DNA from: Longimicrobiales bacterium
GTDB taxonomy: Bacteria; Gemmatimonadota; Gemmatimonadetes; Longimicrobiales; Gaopeijiaceae
Direction of reading: 5' to 3'
Assembly (NCBI GenBank): GCA_965249725.1
Contig: CBDFMQ010000002.1
Location: 1,344,001 to 1,408,000, forward strand
Length of the DNA: 64,000 bases
The first letter of the stretch is position 1. Each line of letters begins with the position of its first letter. The position numbers and the translations under genes are program-made. Of this stretch, positions 33,201-42,452 are shown piece after piece. The notes under the pieces were generated by a model. That model was not told the DNA's origin. It ran no database searches and saw only the letters and a program-made list of their open reading frames with translations.

Positions 33201-33645
33201 GGACGAGCTTCCGCCTGAAACCGTCACCGGCGATCGATTCCCGGACCTTCCAAATCACTCCACCGTCACGGTGGCCGGCATTGTAGTGGCCCGGCAAAGG
33301 CCCTCTACTGCAAACGGCTATGTCTTTGTCCTTATGGAAGATGAGTGCGGTCCTGTAAACGTGATTGTGAAGCCCAAAATCTACGAGACATGCCGGACCA
33401 CGATGCGGATGGAGCCGTTTCTGGTAGTGCGGGGACGCCTACAGAAAGACGGGCTGACCACGAACGTGATCGCCTTCGAGGTGAAGGCCGTGCGGACACG
33501 TGAAACCACCCAGCCCGAGGATCTCCACCCAACCCTACCGGGTGTACTGGAGTGGTGGGCCGAACCGGAGCGTGGTGTCCGGACTCCGTTCCGGTATCTG
33601 ACGGCGCTTCGCCAATCTCCACCGGGGGTGAAGAACTTCGGCTGA
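30247..33645 (+). CDS. dnaE2: Error-prone DNA polymerase DnaE2
   Basis: PHP YVELHCHSGFSFLDGAS, GRGSS, PDIDLDF, PRHISQHVGG, QWDKD, FGFPKSHAAAF, NNQPMGFY, OB-fold RQRPSTA. Confidence 0.95.
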   Translation: MSTPPYVELHCHSGFSFLDGASHPEELVYRALELGYPALALTDHNGLYGSMEFAQSARTEGLQPITGAEVTIALDIPGVPQGLDGLDEADPDGDPLVRGCHMTLLAETPAGYANLCRLLSEAHLESDRGRPTLPLSSLFARTEGLIALTGCRQGPLLVALEDSVATAELLARRLQGAFGYGKLFVELQDNQEKGDGYRNRSLGRLADRLGIPVVATGNVHYHRPERHRLQDVFVSIRNRTTLNGSHAQRRANARFYLACPREMANRFQSRPDALAHTLDIAERCAAFDLTKDLGYTFPDFEGSDRGGALETLAAVCLTKLEERYGGSKLEDEARDRLHQELALVDLHGLGGFFLVYRDIMELAREVAADIRGTAPRANAGLPPGRGRGSSVSSIICYLIGLSHVDPVKTELFLGRFLNEAMRSVPDIDLDFPRDIREELILRVYKRYGNEHAGLVCTFPTYRIRSTLREIGKALDLPMGDLEKLSKLAERRSGGGLMEELRRLPEFREKAESPSWQALCELADDIKGLPRHISQHVGGMIISSRPLVEIVPLEPAAWEGRVLCQWDKDSCDDAGFIKIDFLALGMLSLVEEAVDLISERHGQAPDLSRIDFADQEVYERICTGDTIGMFQVESRAQIQMLRRVQPRNLEDLAVQVAIVRPGPIVGGAVNPYVRRRELLRENPDFRVPYDHPLLEEALGETLGVIIFQDQVLQVCQALAGFSDGQAESLRRSMSRKRSKEAMDSHWDDFRKGARERGVDEITAQKVFQQVTAFSEFGFPKSHAAAFGLLAYQSAWLRYYYGTEFYVGLFNNQPMGFYSLDALGRDARRHGIGIRLPDVNHSLVKCSAEETDLRVGLGFVRGWGTDIAEKVVAERERNGPFASLADFLRRTPATLKRPAVENLIWVGGFESFGLTRRQLLWQAGLWLGPEDDAERSGGRDDHAQAELNLDDPYASIAFPGLEDTERMVAEYRMLRFSTNLHPLALLRDELPPETVTGDRFPDLPNHSTVTVAGIVVARQRPSTANGYVFVLMEDECGPVNVIVKPKIYETCRTTMRMEPFLVVRGRLQKDGLTTNVIAFEVKAVRTRETTQPEDLHPTLPGVLEWWAEPERGVRTPFRYLTALRQSPPGVKNFG

Positions 33646-34530
33646 CTACCGGTCCACCCTCTCCAGGTAGTGCCTCATGCCGTCCCAGTCCATCGTCGCG
33701 TTGAAAGCGTCGAAGTAGTCGTCGATTTCTTCTCTCGGACGAAATTGCGCCACTTCGTCACGCACCTCCAACTGGAAGACCTCACGATCTCCGTCGTCCC
33801 CCGCCTCCATCGCCGCCTTCACCCGATCCCTCAGCGCGAGGAGACGCTCTCGCAACTGCCTTACACGTCCCTGGACGTCGCCGTGCAGCCCGAAGTGGGT
33901 AGGACCGAACAGGTCGGGACCGATGGACTCAATCGTGTCGAGTGTCTCGAGCCAATCCGGCACATCAATACTAGGCGGTGGGCCCGACGGATGGGTCGGG
34001 GCCTCGGGAGCCAGAATCACCCCCATCGCGTCCCCCGTCAGCAGCGTCCCGTCGTTCTCGGCCAAGTACGCGACGTGATGCCCGATATGGCCGGGCGTCG
34101 GAAAGACACGCACACCCGGCACGGGAAGGGCCGAACCCGGCTCCCACGCTCGGATGCTGTCCTTCGGAACGGGCAGCACTTCACCCCAGAGCCGATCGTG
34201 GCGGTCCGTGAACGTGCGCCTCGTGCTCGAGACCAGCCCTTCCGGCTCCGCCATGTGGGGCGCGCCCTCGACGTGTACGTGTACCTGTAGGTGGGGAAAG
34301 CGCTGGACCAGGTGCCCGGTGCCGCCGGCGTGATCCAGGTGCACGTGGGTGAGAAGTACGTGGCGGAGATCGGCCAGGCTGAGACCCTGGGCCACGAGCC
34401 CCGCTTCGAGCCCCTCCAGAGACGTGCCCGGACCCGGATCCACCAGGGCCGGCTCGGCCCCGCCGATCCAATACGATGCGATCGTTCCCGATCGACCGAG
34501 GTGCACTACGTCAATCGGGACGATCGACAT
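33646..34530 (-). CDS. MBL-fold metallo-hydrolase
   Basis: THVHLDHAGG, TPGH, TGDA, THFG; AGGAGG RBS. Confidence 0.92.
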   Translation of the reverse strand: MSIVPIDVVHLGRSGTIASYWIGGAEPALVDPGPGTSLEGLEAGLVAQGLSLADLRHVLLTHVHLDHAGGTGHLVQRFPHLQVHVHVEGAPHMAEPEGLVSSTRRTFTDRHDRLWGEVLPVPKDSIRAWEPGSALPVPGVRVFPTPGHIGHHVAYLAENDGTLLTGDAMGVILAPEAPTHPSGPPPSIDVPDWLETLDTIESIGPDLFGPTHFGLHGDVQGRVRQLRERLLALRDRVKAAMEAGDDGDREVFQLEVRDEVAQFRPREEIDDYFDAFNATMDWDGMRHYLERVDR

Positions 34531-34568
34531 GTTTCCTCCTGTGGCGGGCCTCTGAAGAGGATCTGCGG

Positions 34569-35876
34569 TTAACGATCTTCGATCGGGACGAAGTCTCTCC
34601 TGGCACCGCCCGTGAAGATCTGCCTGGGCCGAGCGATGCGCTGCTCCTTGTCCTCGAGCATCTCTTCCCACTGAGCGAGCCATCCCGCGGTACGCGGTAT
34701 TGCGAACAACACAGGGAACATCTCGACCGGGAAGCCCAGGGCCTGGTAGATGAGCCCCGAGTAAAAGTCGACGTTCGGATACAGGTTGCGCGAGACGAAG
34801 AAGTCGTCCTCCAGCGCGATCTTCTCGAGCTCGAGGGCGATGTCCAGCAGCGGATTCCGCCCCGTAACCTCAAATACCTCGTCCGCGGTTTTCTTGATGA
34901 TGCTGGCCCGGGGGTCATAGGCCTTGTACACCCGGTGTCCAAAGCCCATGAGGCGCTCTTTCCGGTTCTTCACGCCCTCCATGAACGCGGGAATGTTGTC
35001 CATGGAGCCGATCCGGTTGAGCATCCGTAGCACCGCCTCGTTCGCCCCGCCGTGAAGCGGCCCGAACAGCGCACCCATGGCACCGGCCAGGGAGGAATAG
35101 GGATCGGCCTCAGCACTGCCGATGACGCGCATGGTAGTGGCCGAGCAGTTTTGCTCGTGATCGGCGTGCAGAATGAAGAGCACGTCGAGGGCCCGTTCCA
35201 GAACCGGGTTGGGCTTGTACTCCCGTCCGCCGATGCGGAACAGCATGTTCAGGAAGTTCGCCGTGTAGGACAGCTCGTTTTCCGGATAGACGGCCGGCAA
35301 CCCTCGGTGGTGCCGGTAAGCGTAGGCCGCCAGGGTCGGCATCTTGGCCACCAAGCGCTGCACCTGAAGCCACCGGTTGTCGGCGTCTCGGACGTCGTTG
35401 CCGTCCGGATAGAACGTGTTGAGCGCCGCGACGCCGCTGATGACCATGCTCATGGCATGAGCGTCATATCGGAACCCGTGCATGAGCCGACGGAAGTTCT
35501 CATGCACGTAAGTGTGCTCAGTGATGTTCTGCGTGAACTCGCCCAACTCGGGCGCGGTCGGGAGTTCACCCTTCAAGATCAGGTAGGCAACCTCGAGGAA
35601 GTTGCTGCTTTCAGCGAGCTGCTCAATGGGGTATCCCCGGTATTCGAGGATGCCTTTGCCACCGTCGATGAAGGTGATGGCACTGCGCGTCGAGGCCGTA
35701 TTCGAGAAGGCCGGATCGTAGGACATCATGCCAAAGTCGTCGTCGTTGACTTTGATCTGGCGCAGATCCATCGCGCTGATGACGTCACCGTCCTGAATAT
35801 CGATCTCGTACTCGCGACCCGTACGGTTATCCCGAACCGTCAGTGAGTCGTTTCCGTTACTCCCGTTGTCACCCAT
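34569..35876 (-). CDS. gltA: Citrate synthase
   Basis: ITFIDGGKGILEYRGY, LHADHEQNCS, GPLHGGANE, MGFGHRVYK, YPNVDFYSG. Confidence 0.97.
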   Translation of the reverse strand: MGDNGSNGNDSLTVRDNRTGREYEIDIQDGDVISAMDLRQIKVNDDDFGMMSYDPAFSNTASTRSAITFIDGGKGILEYRGYPIEQLAESSNFLEVAYLILKGELPTAPELGEFTQNITEHTYVHENFRRLMHGFRYDAHAMSMVISGVAALNTFYPDGNDVRDADNRWLQVQRLVAKMPTLAAYAYRHHRGLPAVYPENELSYTANFLNMLFRIGGREYKPNPVLERALDVLFILHADHEQNCSATTMRVIGSAEADPYSSLAGAMGALFGPLHGGANEAVLRMLNRIGSMDNIPAFMEGVKNRKERLMGFGHRVYKAYDPRASIIKKTADEVFEVTGRNPLLDIALELEKIALEDDFFVSRNLYPNVDFYSGLIYQALGFPVEMFPVLFAIPRTAGWLAQWEEMLEDKEQRIARPRQIFTGGARRDFVPIEDR

Positions 35877-36076
35877 TTCGTCTCCGATGCCGGCATATTT
35901 GCCAATCAAGGCCAGGAATCCCGCTATTTCACTGGATTCTCCGACGTTGCTTAATGCGAAGGACAGCGCCTAAAAGTAAGGAAATATGCACTTCCGATGA
36001 AGTGCCGTTCGCCCGGTAGAGGTGCCGGCGATGCGTGGGAAGAGACTCGGGAGCCAGAGGTGGCGTCGGTTGGCGC

Positions 36077-38284
36077 TCAGACGCGCCGTACAACCAGAGC
36101 ATCCACCGGTACGGCACGGTCCTCGTATGCAAACGTGGGGTTCAGCTCCACCTCAACGATGGAAGGGTCTTGAAGCGCGTAGCGGGCCACTGCCAGCGCC
36201 AACTCGGTCACCGCCTGCAGGTTCACTCGGGGTTGCCCGCTCGCACCCGCGAGCACCCGCCCGATACGCAGCGTCGACAGCATCTCTTCGACCTCCTCGG
36301 CCCGGATCGGCAGGACCCGGTGGACCGCGTCGTCGAGCGCCTCCGTGCGGGTGCCCCCTGCCCCGACGGTGAGCACACAGCCGAGTCGGGGGATGCGCCG
36401 TACACCGATGAGTAGCTCCGCCACCGGGGCCGGTAGCATCTCCGTGACCAGGACTCCCTCGACGAGCGCGGCGGAGCCCGTGCCCTCGAGGTACGTGTGG
36501 GCCGAATCAAGGAGCCGCGCGAGTCCCGCCTCCGCTTCGGCCAGGTTCGTCACCTGTAGAAGCACACCATCGGCTTCGGTCTTATGGGGAATGCCCGGCG
36601 AGATGATCTTCATGGCGCACGGCGACTCCCACGACAGGCGGGGCAGGTCGTGCGCCGTGCGCACGAGCCTTCCCGGTGTGAATTGCACTCCGTTTGCGGA
36701 CAGTTCCTGGCGCGCCTGCCACTCCGTCAGGGTCACGAGACGCGTCGGCAGATCATCCGTACCTCCGGAGTCGTTCGGATCCGCCTCGCCCCAAACCGGC
36801 GGGCGAGACAGCAGGTCCCGCCTACGCACCGTCACTTCCGCGCACCGACAAGCGAGTTCCAGCGAGGAGGGTACCGGGACCCCTCCCTCTCGGAGGAGTG
36901 TCAGGGGACCGCTGTCCACGTTCCCGTAAATGGAGTGGACGACGAGGGGCTTGCCGGCCGTAGCCGAGCCGTCGATCAGGCGACGGGCGGTCTCCATCTC
37001 GACCTCTTCGAAGGTCTTCGAGTACCGCAGGTGATATCCTCCGAACAACCCGACGAGCAATACGCCGGACACACCCGGATCGGCGACGAGAGCATCGAAC
37101 GCATCGGCGAACACACCAGGGTCGGAATCGGCCGCCCCGGCCACGTCCACGGGATTCCGCACGGCGGCCGCGGGACCGAGGATGGCCCGGAGCCTCTCTT
37201 CGGTCTCCGGCAAGAGAACGGCGAGCGGGCCTCCTGTTTCGTGGAGGACATCAGACGCGAGGGCGTTCTGCCCTCCCCCGTCCGAGAGTATGGCGATGCC
37301 ACCCGCGGCCGCCGGAGGCTGGTTGGCGAGCGTCAACGCCACGGGGAGCAGCTCATCCTCCCGCGTCACCTCCACGACACCCGCCTGCCTCAAGCCGGCG
37401 CTCAACACGTCATAGTCTCCCGCCAGAGCTCCCGTGTGCGAGAGCACCGACGTCGAGCCCTGGGTCGTCCTACCTCCCTTGAGCAGCACGATGGGTTTCT
37501 GTCGGGTGACTCGCGCCGCCGACCTAAGAAACGCCCCCGTGGAACGAATGCCGTCGGCATACATCACGATCACCTCGGTGCCCACATCCTGCGCCAGGAC
37601 CTCCAGGTATTCGTGGAATCCGATGTCCGCCTCGTTGCCCACTCCCACATAGACCGCTACTCCGGCCCGGGGAGTCCGCGCCCCCTCGTTCATCAGGGCC
37701 AAAGCGATATTGCCCGACTGGCTCAGGATGCCGACGGGTCCCGGACTGAGGCCCGGAGTGCCAACCAGATTGAGTCCAAGTCGGAGGTTGAGAAGTCCGG
37801 ACGTGTTCGGCCCCACGATCCGCACCCCCGCATCACGCGCTGCACCCAGCAAGGTCGCTTGTAACCCTGCGCCCTCCTCGCCCGACTCCGCGAAGCCGGC
37901 CGCCAAGACGATCGCCGCACGCACGCCCCTCCGGCCGCACGCCTCGATGGCCTGGGGAGTCATTGCCCCCGGGAGGGCGATCAGCGCCAGATCGGGCGCT
38001 TCGGGAAGTGCCTCCACGCTCGGGTAACACGTCCGGCCGTCGATCTCGGCGGCGCTGGGATTGACCGGATAGACGGGTCCCTCGAAGCCCATCTCGGCAA
38101 GAGCACGGAGCACGCGGTTCCCCCGTTTCTCGGGACTCCTAGACGCTCCCAACACCGCGATCGAGCGAGGGTAGAGTGCCGCGCGCACGCCACTGACATC
38201 CCCCGTGCCCTCGGGCGACACCTCTCCGTGGCCGCCCGGATTCGTCACCCGCCGGCCTCGGCTTTCAGCCTCGTCACCGGTCAC
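36077..38284 (-). CDS. NDP-forming acyl-CoA synthetase (acetate-CoA ligase family, fused alpha/beta)
   Basis: PRSIAVLGAS, GPNTSG, SQSG, phospho-His SHTGALAG, ATP-grasp HKTEADGV, ELNP. Confidence 0.9.
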   Translation of the reverse strand: MTGDEAESRGRRVTNPGGHGEVSPEGTGDVSGVRAALYPRSIAVLGASRSPEKRGNRVLRALAEMGFEGPVYPVNPSAAEIDGRTCYPSVEALPEAPDLALIALPGAMTPQAIEACGRRGVRAAIVLAAGFAESGEEGAGLQATLLGAARDAGVRIVGPNTSGLLNLRLGLNLVGTPGLSPGPVGILSQSGNIALALMNEGARTPRAGVAVYVGVGNEADIGFHEYLEVLAQDVGTEVIVMYADGIRSTGAFLRSAARVTRQKPIVLLKGGRTTQGSTSVLSHTGALAGDYDVLSAGLRQAGVVEVTREDELLPVALTLANQPPAAAGGIAILSDGGGQNALASDVLHETGGPLAVLLPETEERLRAILGPAAAVRNPVDVAGAADSDPGVFADAFDALVADPGVSGVLLVGLFGGYHLRYSKTFEEVEMETARRLIDGSATAGKPLVVHSIYGNVDSGPLTLLREGGVPVPSSLELACRCAEVTVRRRDLLSRPPVWGEADPNDSGGTDDLPTRLVTLTEWQARQELSANGVQFTPGRLVRTAHDLPRLSWESPCAMKIISPGIPHKTEADGVLLQVTNLAEAEAGLARLLDSAHTYLEGTGSAALVEGVLVTEMLPAPVAELLIGVRRIPRLGCVLTVGAGGTRTEALDDAVHRVLPIRAEEVEEMLSTLRIGRVLAGASGQPRVNLQAVTELALAVARYALQDPSIVEVELNPTFAYEDRAVPVDALVVRRV

Positions 38285-39076
38285 TCAATTCCCGGAGAAG
38301 CGCGGCGGTCTCTTCTCCGCGAACGCGCGGACGCCCTCGGCCCAGTCCTCGGTCTCCATGATGGCGTCTAATGCGTCCGCTTCCTCCGCCAACGCGTCCT
38401 CTCCGGTCATGTCAGCCGAACGATTGAGAAGGCGTTTCGCGTGCGCCATCGAGAGGGGGGCACTCGCGGCGAGTTTCGTGGCAAGTGCGAGAGCCACCTC
38501 GAGCACCTCGTCAGCCGGCAACGCGCGGTTGGCCAACCCCATCGGCACCGCCTCTGCTCCGCTGAAGAAGTCGCCTGCGAGGATGAGCTCCCTGGCCCTG
38601 AGGTCGCCGACTCGTTGAGGCAAACGGTACGTCACGCCTCCACCCACGAAAGTGCCCAGAGAGACCTCGGGAAGTCGGAGCTTCGCGTCCTCGGCCACCA
38701 CCACGAAGTCGGCGGACAGCGCAAGCTCCAGCCCGGCCCCGATCGCGTGACCATTCACCGCGGCCACCACCGGCACGCGGCTGTACTGAAGGCCCGCGTT
38801 GACGGTCTGAGCGAGGCCGATGTACTCATGCCTCTCTTCAGCCGACATGGGGCCCTCGGAGTGGGATTTGAGGTCGGCCCCTACGCAGAACCCTCGACCG
38901 GCCCCCGTGAGCACAATGGCTCGAACCTCGTTGTCGGACTCGATGTCTTCGAGGGCCGCCCTCAGTTCCCGGTAGAGATCGGGGCTGACGGCATTCAGGC
39001 GGTCGGGTCGGTTGAGTGTGAGGACGGCCACGGCATCGTCTCGATTGACGAGTACCGGCGTCTGGGTGGCAGGCAA
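38285..39076 (-). CDS. Enoyl-CoA hydratase/isomerase
   Basis: LNRPDRLNA, FCVGADL, GAGLEL, LPEV, AFAEKRPP. Confidence 0.92.
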   Translation of the reverse strand: MPATQTPVLVNRDDAVAVLTLNRPDRLNAVSPDLYRELRAALEDIESDNEVRAIVLTGAGRGFCVGADLKSHSEGPMSAEERHEYIGLAQTVNAGLQYSRVPVVAAVNGHAIGAGLELALSADFVVVAEDAKLRLPEVSLGTFVGGGVTYRLPQRVGDLRARELILAGDFFSGAEAVPMGLANRALPADEVLEVALALATKLAASAPLSMAHAKRLLNRSADMTGEDALAEEADALDAIMETEDWAEGVRAFAEKRPPRFSGN

Positions 39077-39330
39077 TGCGGTCTCCGGGGTCCTTCGGGA
39101 GGGGGGGCCTCGTGGGTCATTCTAAGGGTCCCAGAGCAATGAAAACAGGTCGGCCGGAGCCGGGCCAGACACCGAGTCTGCACCCCCGTGACGAACGCTC
39201 GAGTCTGCGCCGGAAGCTCCCTGGTGCGGTGCTCTGCCGCTTAGTAGTTTTTCCGTCAGCTCCGAACCTGCCTGAGGCGGGAATTCCCGCCCGGTCGGTT
39301 CAAACGTCACCACCCAAGGAGAATTCGCGT

Positions 39331-40271
39331 ATGTCCAAACATCGCTTTTTCATTCCCGTCGCCGCCTTCGCGCTCGCGTTTTCGGCATGTACCGACGCGC
39401 CCATCGCGCCTGATACGGATATCGAGCCGCAGCTGGCGAAGGGCGGTGGCGGTGGCGGTGGTGACAATACGGGTGCCGAGCTCAGCAACTACATGGACGC
39501 CCTCAACGCCGGGCTCGCGGCGGACGGTGCCGACTACCGGGTGGCCATGGCAGAGTATGTGACGTCGGGCGACAGCGGTGAGATGGGCAATACGATCATC
39601 GCCAAGAACGTCGGCAACAAGCAGCTCGGATTCGACTTCGTGCCTGGGGATACGCGGCGTGCATGGAGTGGCCCGGGCGCCAATTCGATCACGTACGCGA
39701 TCGACACGACCGGGGACTCGGGGCCGCGGCGACCGATGCGGCCATCGTCCGCTCGATGGACACCTGGGATGCACTCACCTGCTCCAACCTGGGACTAGCC
39801 CAGAGCCCCGATTTCGGGATCGATATCGGCGTCGTGGCGTTCCTCAACAGCCTGGGTGGTAGCCCGTTCGTCTTCGCGGACGTACAGCACGCCGGCTGGC
39901 GGGACATCAACTTCGCTGGCGGCGTCCTGGGAGTGACGTTCACGTTCGGGTTCACGGATGTGAACGGCTTCACCGACATCGACAACAACGGCAAGCTTGA
40001 CGCCGCGTTCCGCGAGATCTACTACGATCCGAGCTTCTCGTGGGCGGACGACGGATCCAGCAACGTGGATGTCGAGAGCGTAGCGCTGCACGAGGCCGGC
40101 CACGGCCTGAGCCAAGGCCACTTCGGCAAGGTCTGGATCAAGAAAGACGGAAGCCTCAAGCGTTCGCCCACCGCGGTGATGAACGCGATCTATGCGGGTC
40201 CGCTCGCGGCCCTCCGAGGCACCGACAACGGCGGACACTGCAGCAACTGGGGGCAGTGGCCGAACAACTGA
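39331..40271 (+). CDS. Metzincin (matrixin-like) lipoprotein peptidase; frameshift at 39712-39715
   Basis: AAGGAG RBS, lipobox FSAC; the downstream frame carries HEAGHGLSQGH and Met-turn AVMNA; one extra G in GGGG joins the two frames. Confidence 0.8.
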
Positions 40272-40322
40272 CCAACGGTCGAGTGGCGAACAGTTGATCT
40301 GGTTTCGCTGCCGCGCAAAGCG

Positions 40323-40354
40323 AAGGCGGGCCCCTCCCGGGGCCCGCCTTTTCT
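40323..40354. terminator. Intrinsic terminator, possibly bidirectional
   Basis: AAGGCGGGCCCC-tccc-GGGGCCCGCCTT then TT, between convergent genes. Confidence 0.75.
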
Positions 40355-40403
40355 CGTCGGAGCGCTCCATCGGTGAGAAGCGCCCTTGATCCCGCCGGTT
40401 ATC

Positions 40404-40985
40404 TCAGAACGGTAGCGCGAACCTCGCCGAAAAGCCCAACCCACCATCGAACGTCACCGCCGGTTGGAACGTCGGAATACGGAACGACTCGGGTGCCACG
40501 TCCTTCCACGTCGGGACCTCCATGAAGGACCCGATGACGCCCCCGAGAAGGAAACCTCCTGCAGCCGCGTAGAGCACGGTGCCACGACCGAAACACACCT
40601 CGGCACGCGTCGGGGAGCACTCCGACTCGGTGAACGGGAATATGATGAGACCGGCCGCGAGCGTTCCCAGGATCGCCATCCGCGTCCCCCGTGTCTCGAT
40701 GCGATGCACCTGGACCCGATCCACGAGGGCGGTACGGAACGAGATTCGATCGCGATCGATCCGGGTGGCCATGACGATGGAATCGCCGGGGTGGATCCGC
40801 ACGAGCCACCCCTCCACCATCTCGGGCTCTCCCGCGCCCAGGTGATGCTCAATCCGGATCCGCTCACCCTCGTCCGCACGCTCCTGCGCCCCAAGCTGAG
40901 CCCCAAGCCGAGCCCCCCACTGAGCCCCCAGCACATTGCCCCAGAGGCCTCCGACCAGCAGGACGGCCATCAGTGTGCGCTTCAT
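40404..40985 (-). CDS. Hypothetical exported/outer-membrane protein
   Basis: GAGGAG RBS, signal peptide with 4x (L/W)GA(Q/R) repeats, two Gly-rich hydrophobic helices, C-terminal ARFALPF. Confidence 0.7.
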   Translation of the reverse strand: MKRTLMAVLLVGGLWGNVLGAQWGARLGAQLGAQERADEGERIRIEHHLGAGEPEMVEGWLVRIHPGDSIVMATRIDRDRISFRTALVDRVQVHRIETRGTRMAILGTLAAGLIIFPFTESECSPTRAEVCFGRGTVLYAAAGGFLLGGVIGSFMEVPTWKDVAPESFRIPTFQPAVTFDGGLGFSARFALPF

Positions 40986-41031
40986 GATCTCCTCGGGATC
41001 GGGTGGTCGACCCACAACACCCTCTGAGCAG

Positions 41032-41115
41032 TGCCGGGAGGGGGACTCGAACCCCCAAGGGCCGAAGCCCGCCGGATTTTGAGTCCGGTGCGTCTACCAA
41101 TTCCACCATCCCGGC
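41032..41115 (-). tRNA. tRNA-Leu(CAA), CCA not encoded
   Basis: GCCGGGA/TCCCGGC acceptor stem, TGGTAGACG D-loop, CCGGA-CTCAAAA-TCCGG anticodon arm, long variable arm, GGTTCGAGTCC T-loop. Confidence 0.96.
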
Positions 41116-41297
41116 CGGCCCTTATTCTACACGCGGGGGCTACGTCCCCCAAGGACCTTGTTCTAGTATTGGACATCGGGCCAAGGAAACTCGGTTCCAG
41201 AGCGAACGGTGAAGAGTGATGATGATGATGTGGGGAACGGCTAGGGCCCTGGTGGATGTTGTGTGGCTGACGCGATCAGGCTCGTGGTCGTTTAAGG

Positions 41298-41336
41298 CTC
41301 GGCAGGGATTCGCCCCCCTGCCGAGTCCTTTTTTTT
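41298..41336 (+). terminator. Strong intrinsic terminator
   Basis: CTCGGCAGGG/CCCTGCCGAG 10-bp stem followed by T8. Confidence 0.85.
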
Positions 41337-41411
41337 GCACCCCCACGGGGCATCGGGTAGTCTCCGTCAACCAGCCATGACCTGCTTTCGACGCTCCTGC
41401 CTCCGACACCC

Positions 41412-42452
41412 GTGACCCCGACACGCGTGACGCCACCTTCCGTCTCGTCTGACGTCCGAACTCAGCGGTCGGATCTCTCACCGACCCTCGTCGTCTTGGC
41501 CGCCGGCCTGTCCACCCGGTATGGGGAACTGAAGCCGCTGGCATCAGTCGGCCCCCGGGGTGAGGCGCTGATCGACTACACCCTCTTCGACGCGGCCCGC
41601 TCGGGATACGGAGACGCGGTCTTGGTGGTACGGAGGGAGATCGAAGACCAAGTGTCGCGGCACGTCGAAGAACTCACCTCGGGCTCCTGGCGCTGTCGCT
41701 TCGTTTGCCAGCGCGTCGAGGACCTCCCGGCCGGCGCAGTCCTCCCGGAAGACCGTGAGCAACCGTGGGGGACCGGACATGCGGTGTGGACTACACGAGA
41801 CCTGATCCAAGGCCCCTTCGCTGTGGTGAACGCCGACGACTTCTACGGACGAGCCGCCCTGGGGACGCTTGCGCTGGAGATGGCGGCTCAGCAGACGCTC
41901 GTGAGGGAAACGGCGGATCCGCGATCAACCGGTGCCTGGGCCATCACGTACCAACTGGCCGACACCCTCTCAACGACGGGGGGGGTCTCCAGGGCCATAC
42001 TCCAGGTAGGTGACGACGGAGCGGTCCACGAGATACACGAGGTGCTACGGGTGCATCGATCATCCCAGGGAATCGTGGGAGAGACTCCGGACCGCACCGT
42101 GCTTTCCTTCTCGGGCAGTGAGCCTGCTTCCATGGGACTCTGGGGATTCACGGCGGGCATCTTCCCTCTCTTGGAAGAACGCTTCCGCGCTCTCCTCAGC
42201 GAGCTGACGGACGAGCGTCCGATCGAATTCTACCTCAGCGACGCACTGAACCGGCTCATCGCGTCCGGCGACCTTCAGATGAAGGCTGTGGCTTCGGGCC
42301 TGCCCAGTTTCGGCGTGACATTTGCCGAAGATCGTTCGGAGGTTCGGTCCCGCATCGAGAGGCTCGTTGCCGAGGGACACTATCCGGCGGATCTTGCGAG
42401 CGCATTCCCAGCATTGGCGAACCAGAACGGATCTTCGGCAACGGAGCCCTGA
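41412..42452 (+). CDS. Sugar-1-phosphate nucleotidyltransferase (NTP_transferase)
   Basis: LAAGLSTRYGELK, PWGTGHAV, VNADDFYG, EFYL. Confidence 0.88.
   Translation: MTPTRVTPPSVSSDVRTQRSDLSPTLVVLAAGLSTRYGELKPLASVGPRGEALIDYTLFDAARSGYGDAVLVVRREIEDQVSRHVEELTSGSWRCRFVCQRVEDLPAGAVLPEDREQPWGTGHAVWTTRDLIQGPFAVVNADDFYGRAALGTLALEMAAQQTLVRETADPRSTGAWAITYQLADTLSTTGGVSRAILQVGDDGAVHEIHEVLRVHRSSQGIVGETPDRTVLSFSGSEPASMGLWGFTAGIFPLLEERFRALLSELTDERPIEFYLSDALNRLIASGDLQMKAVASGLPSFGVTFAEDRSEVRSRIERLVAEGHYPADLASAFPALANQNGSSATEP

Noticed and set aside
40404..41115. tRNA-Leu as an island integration site
   Set aside because: No integrase and no duplicated tRNA 3' end noticed in the window.
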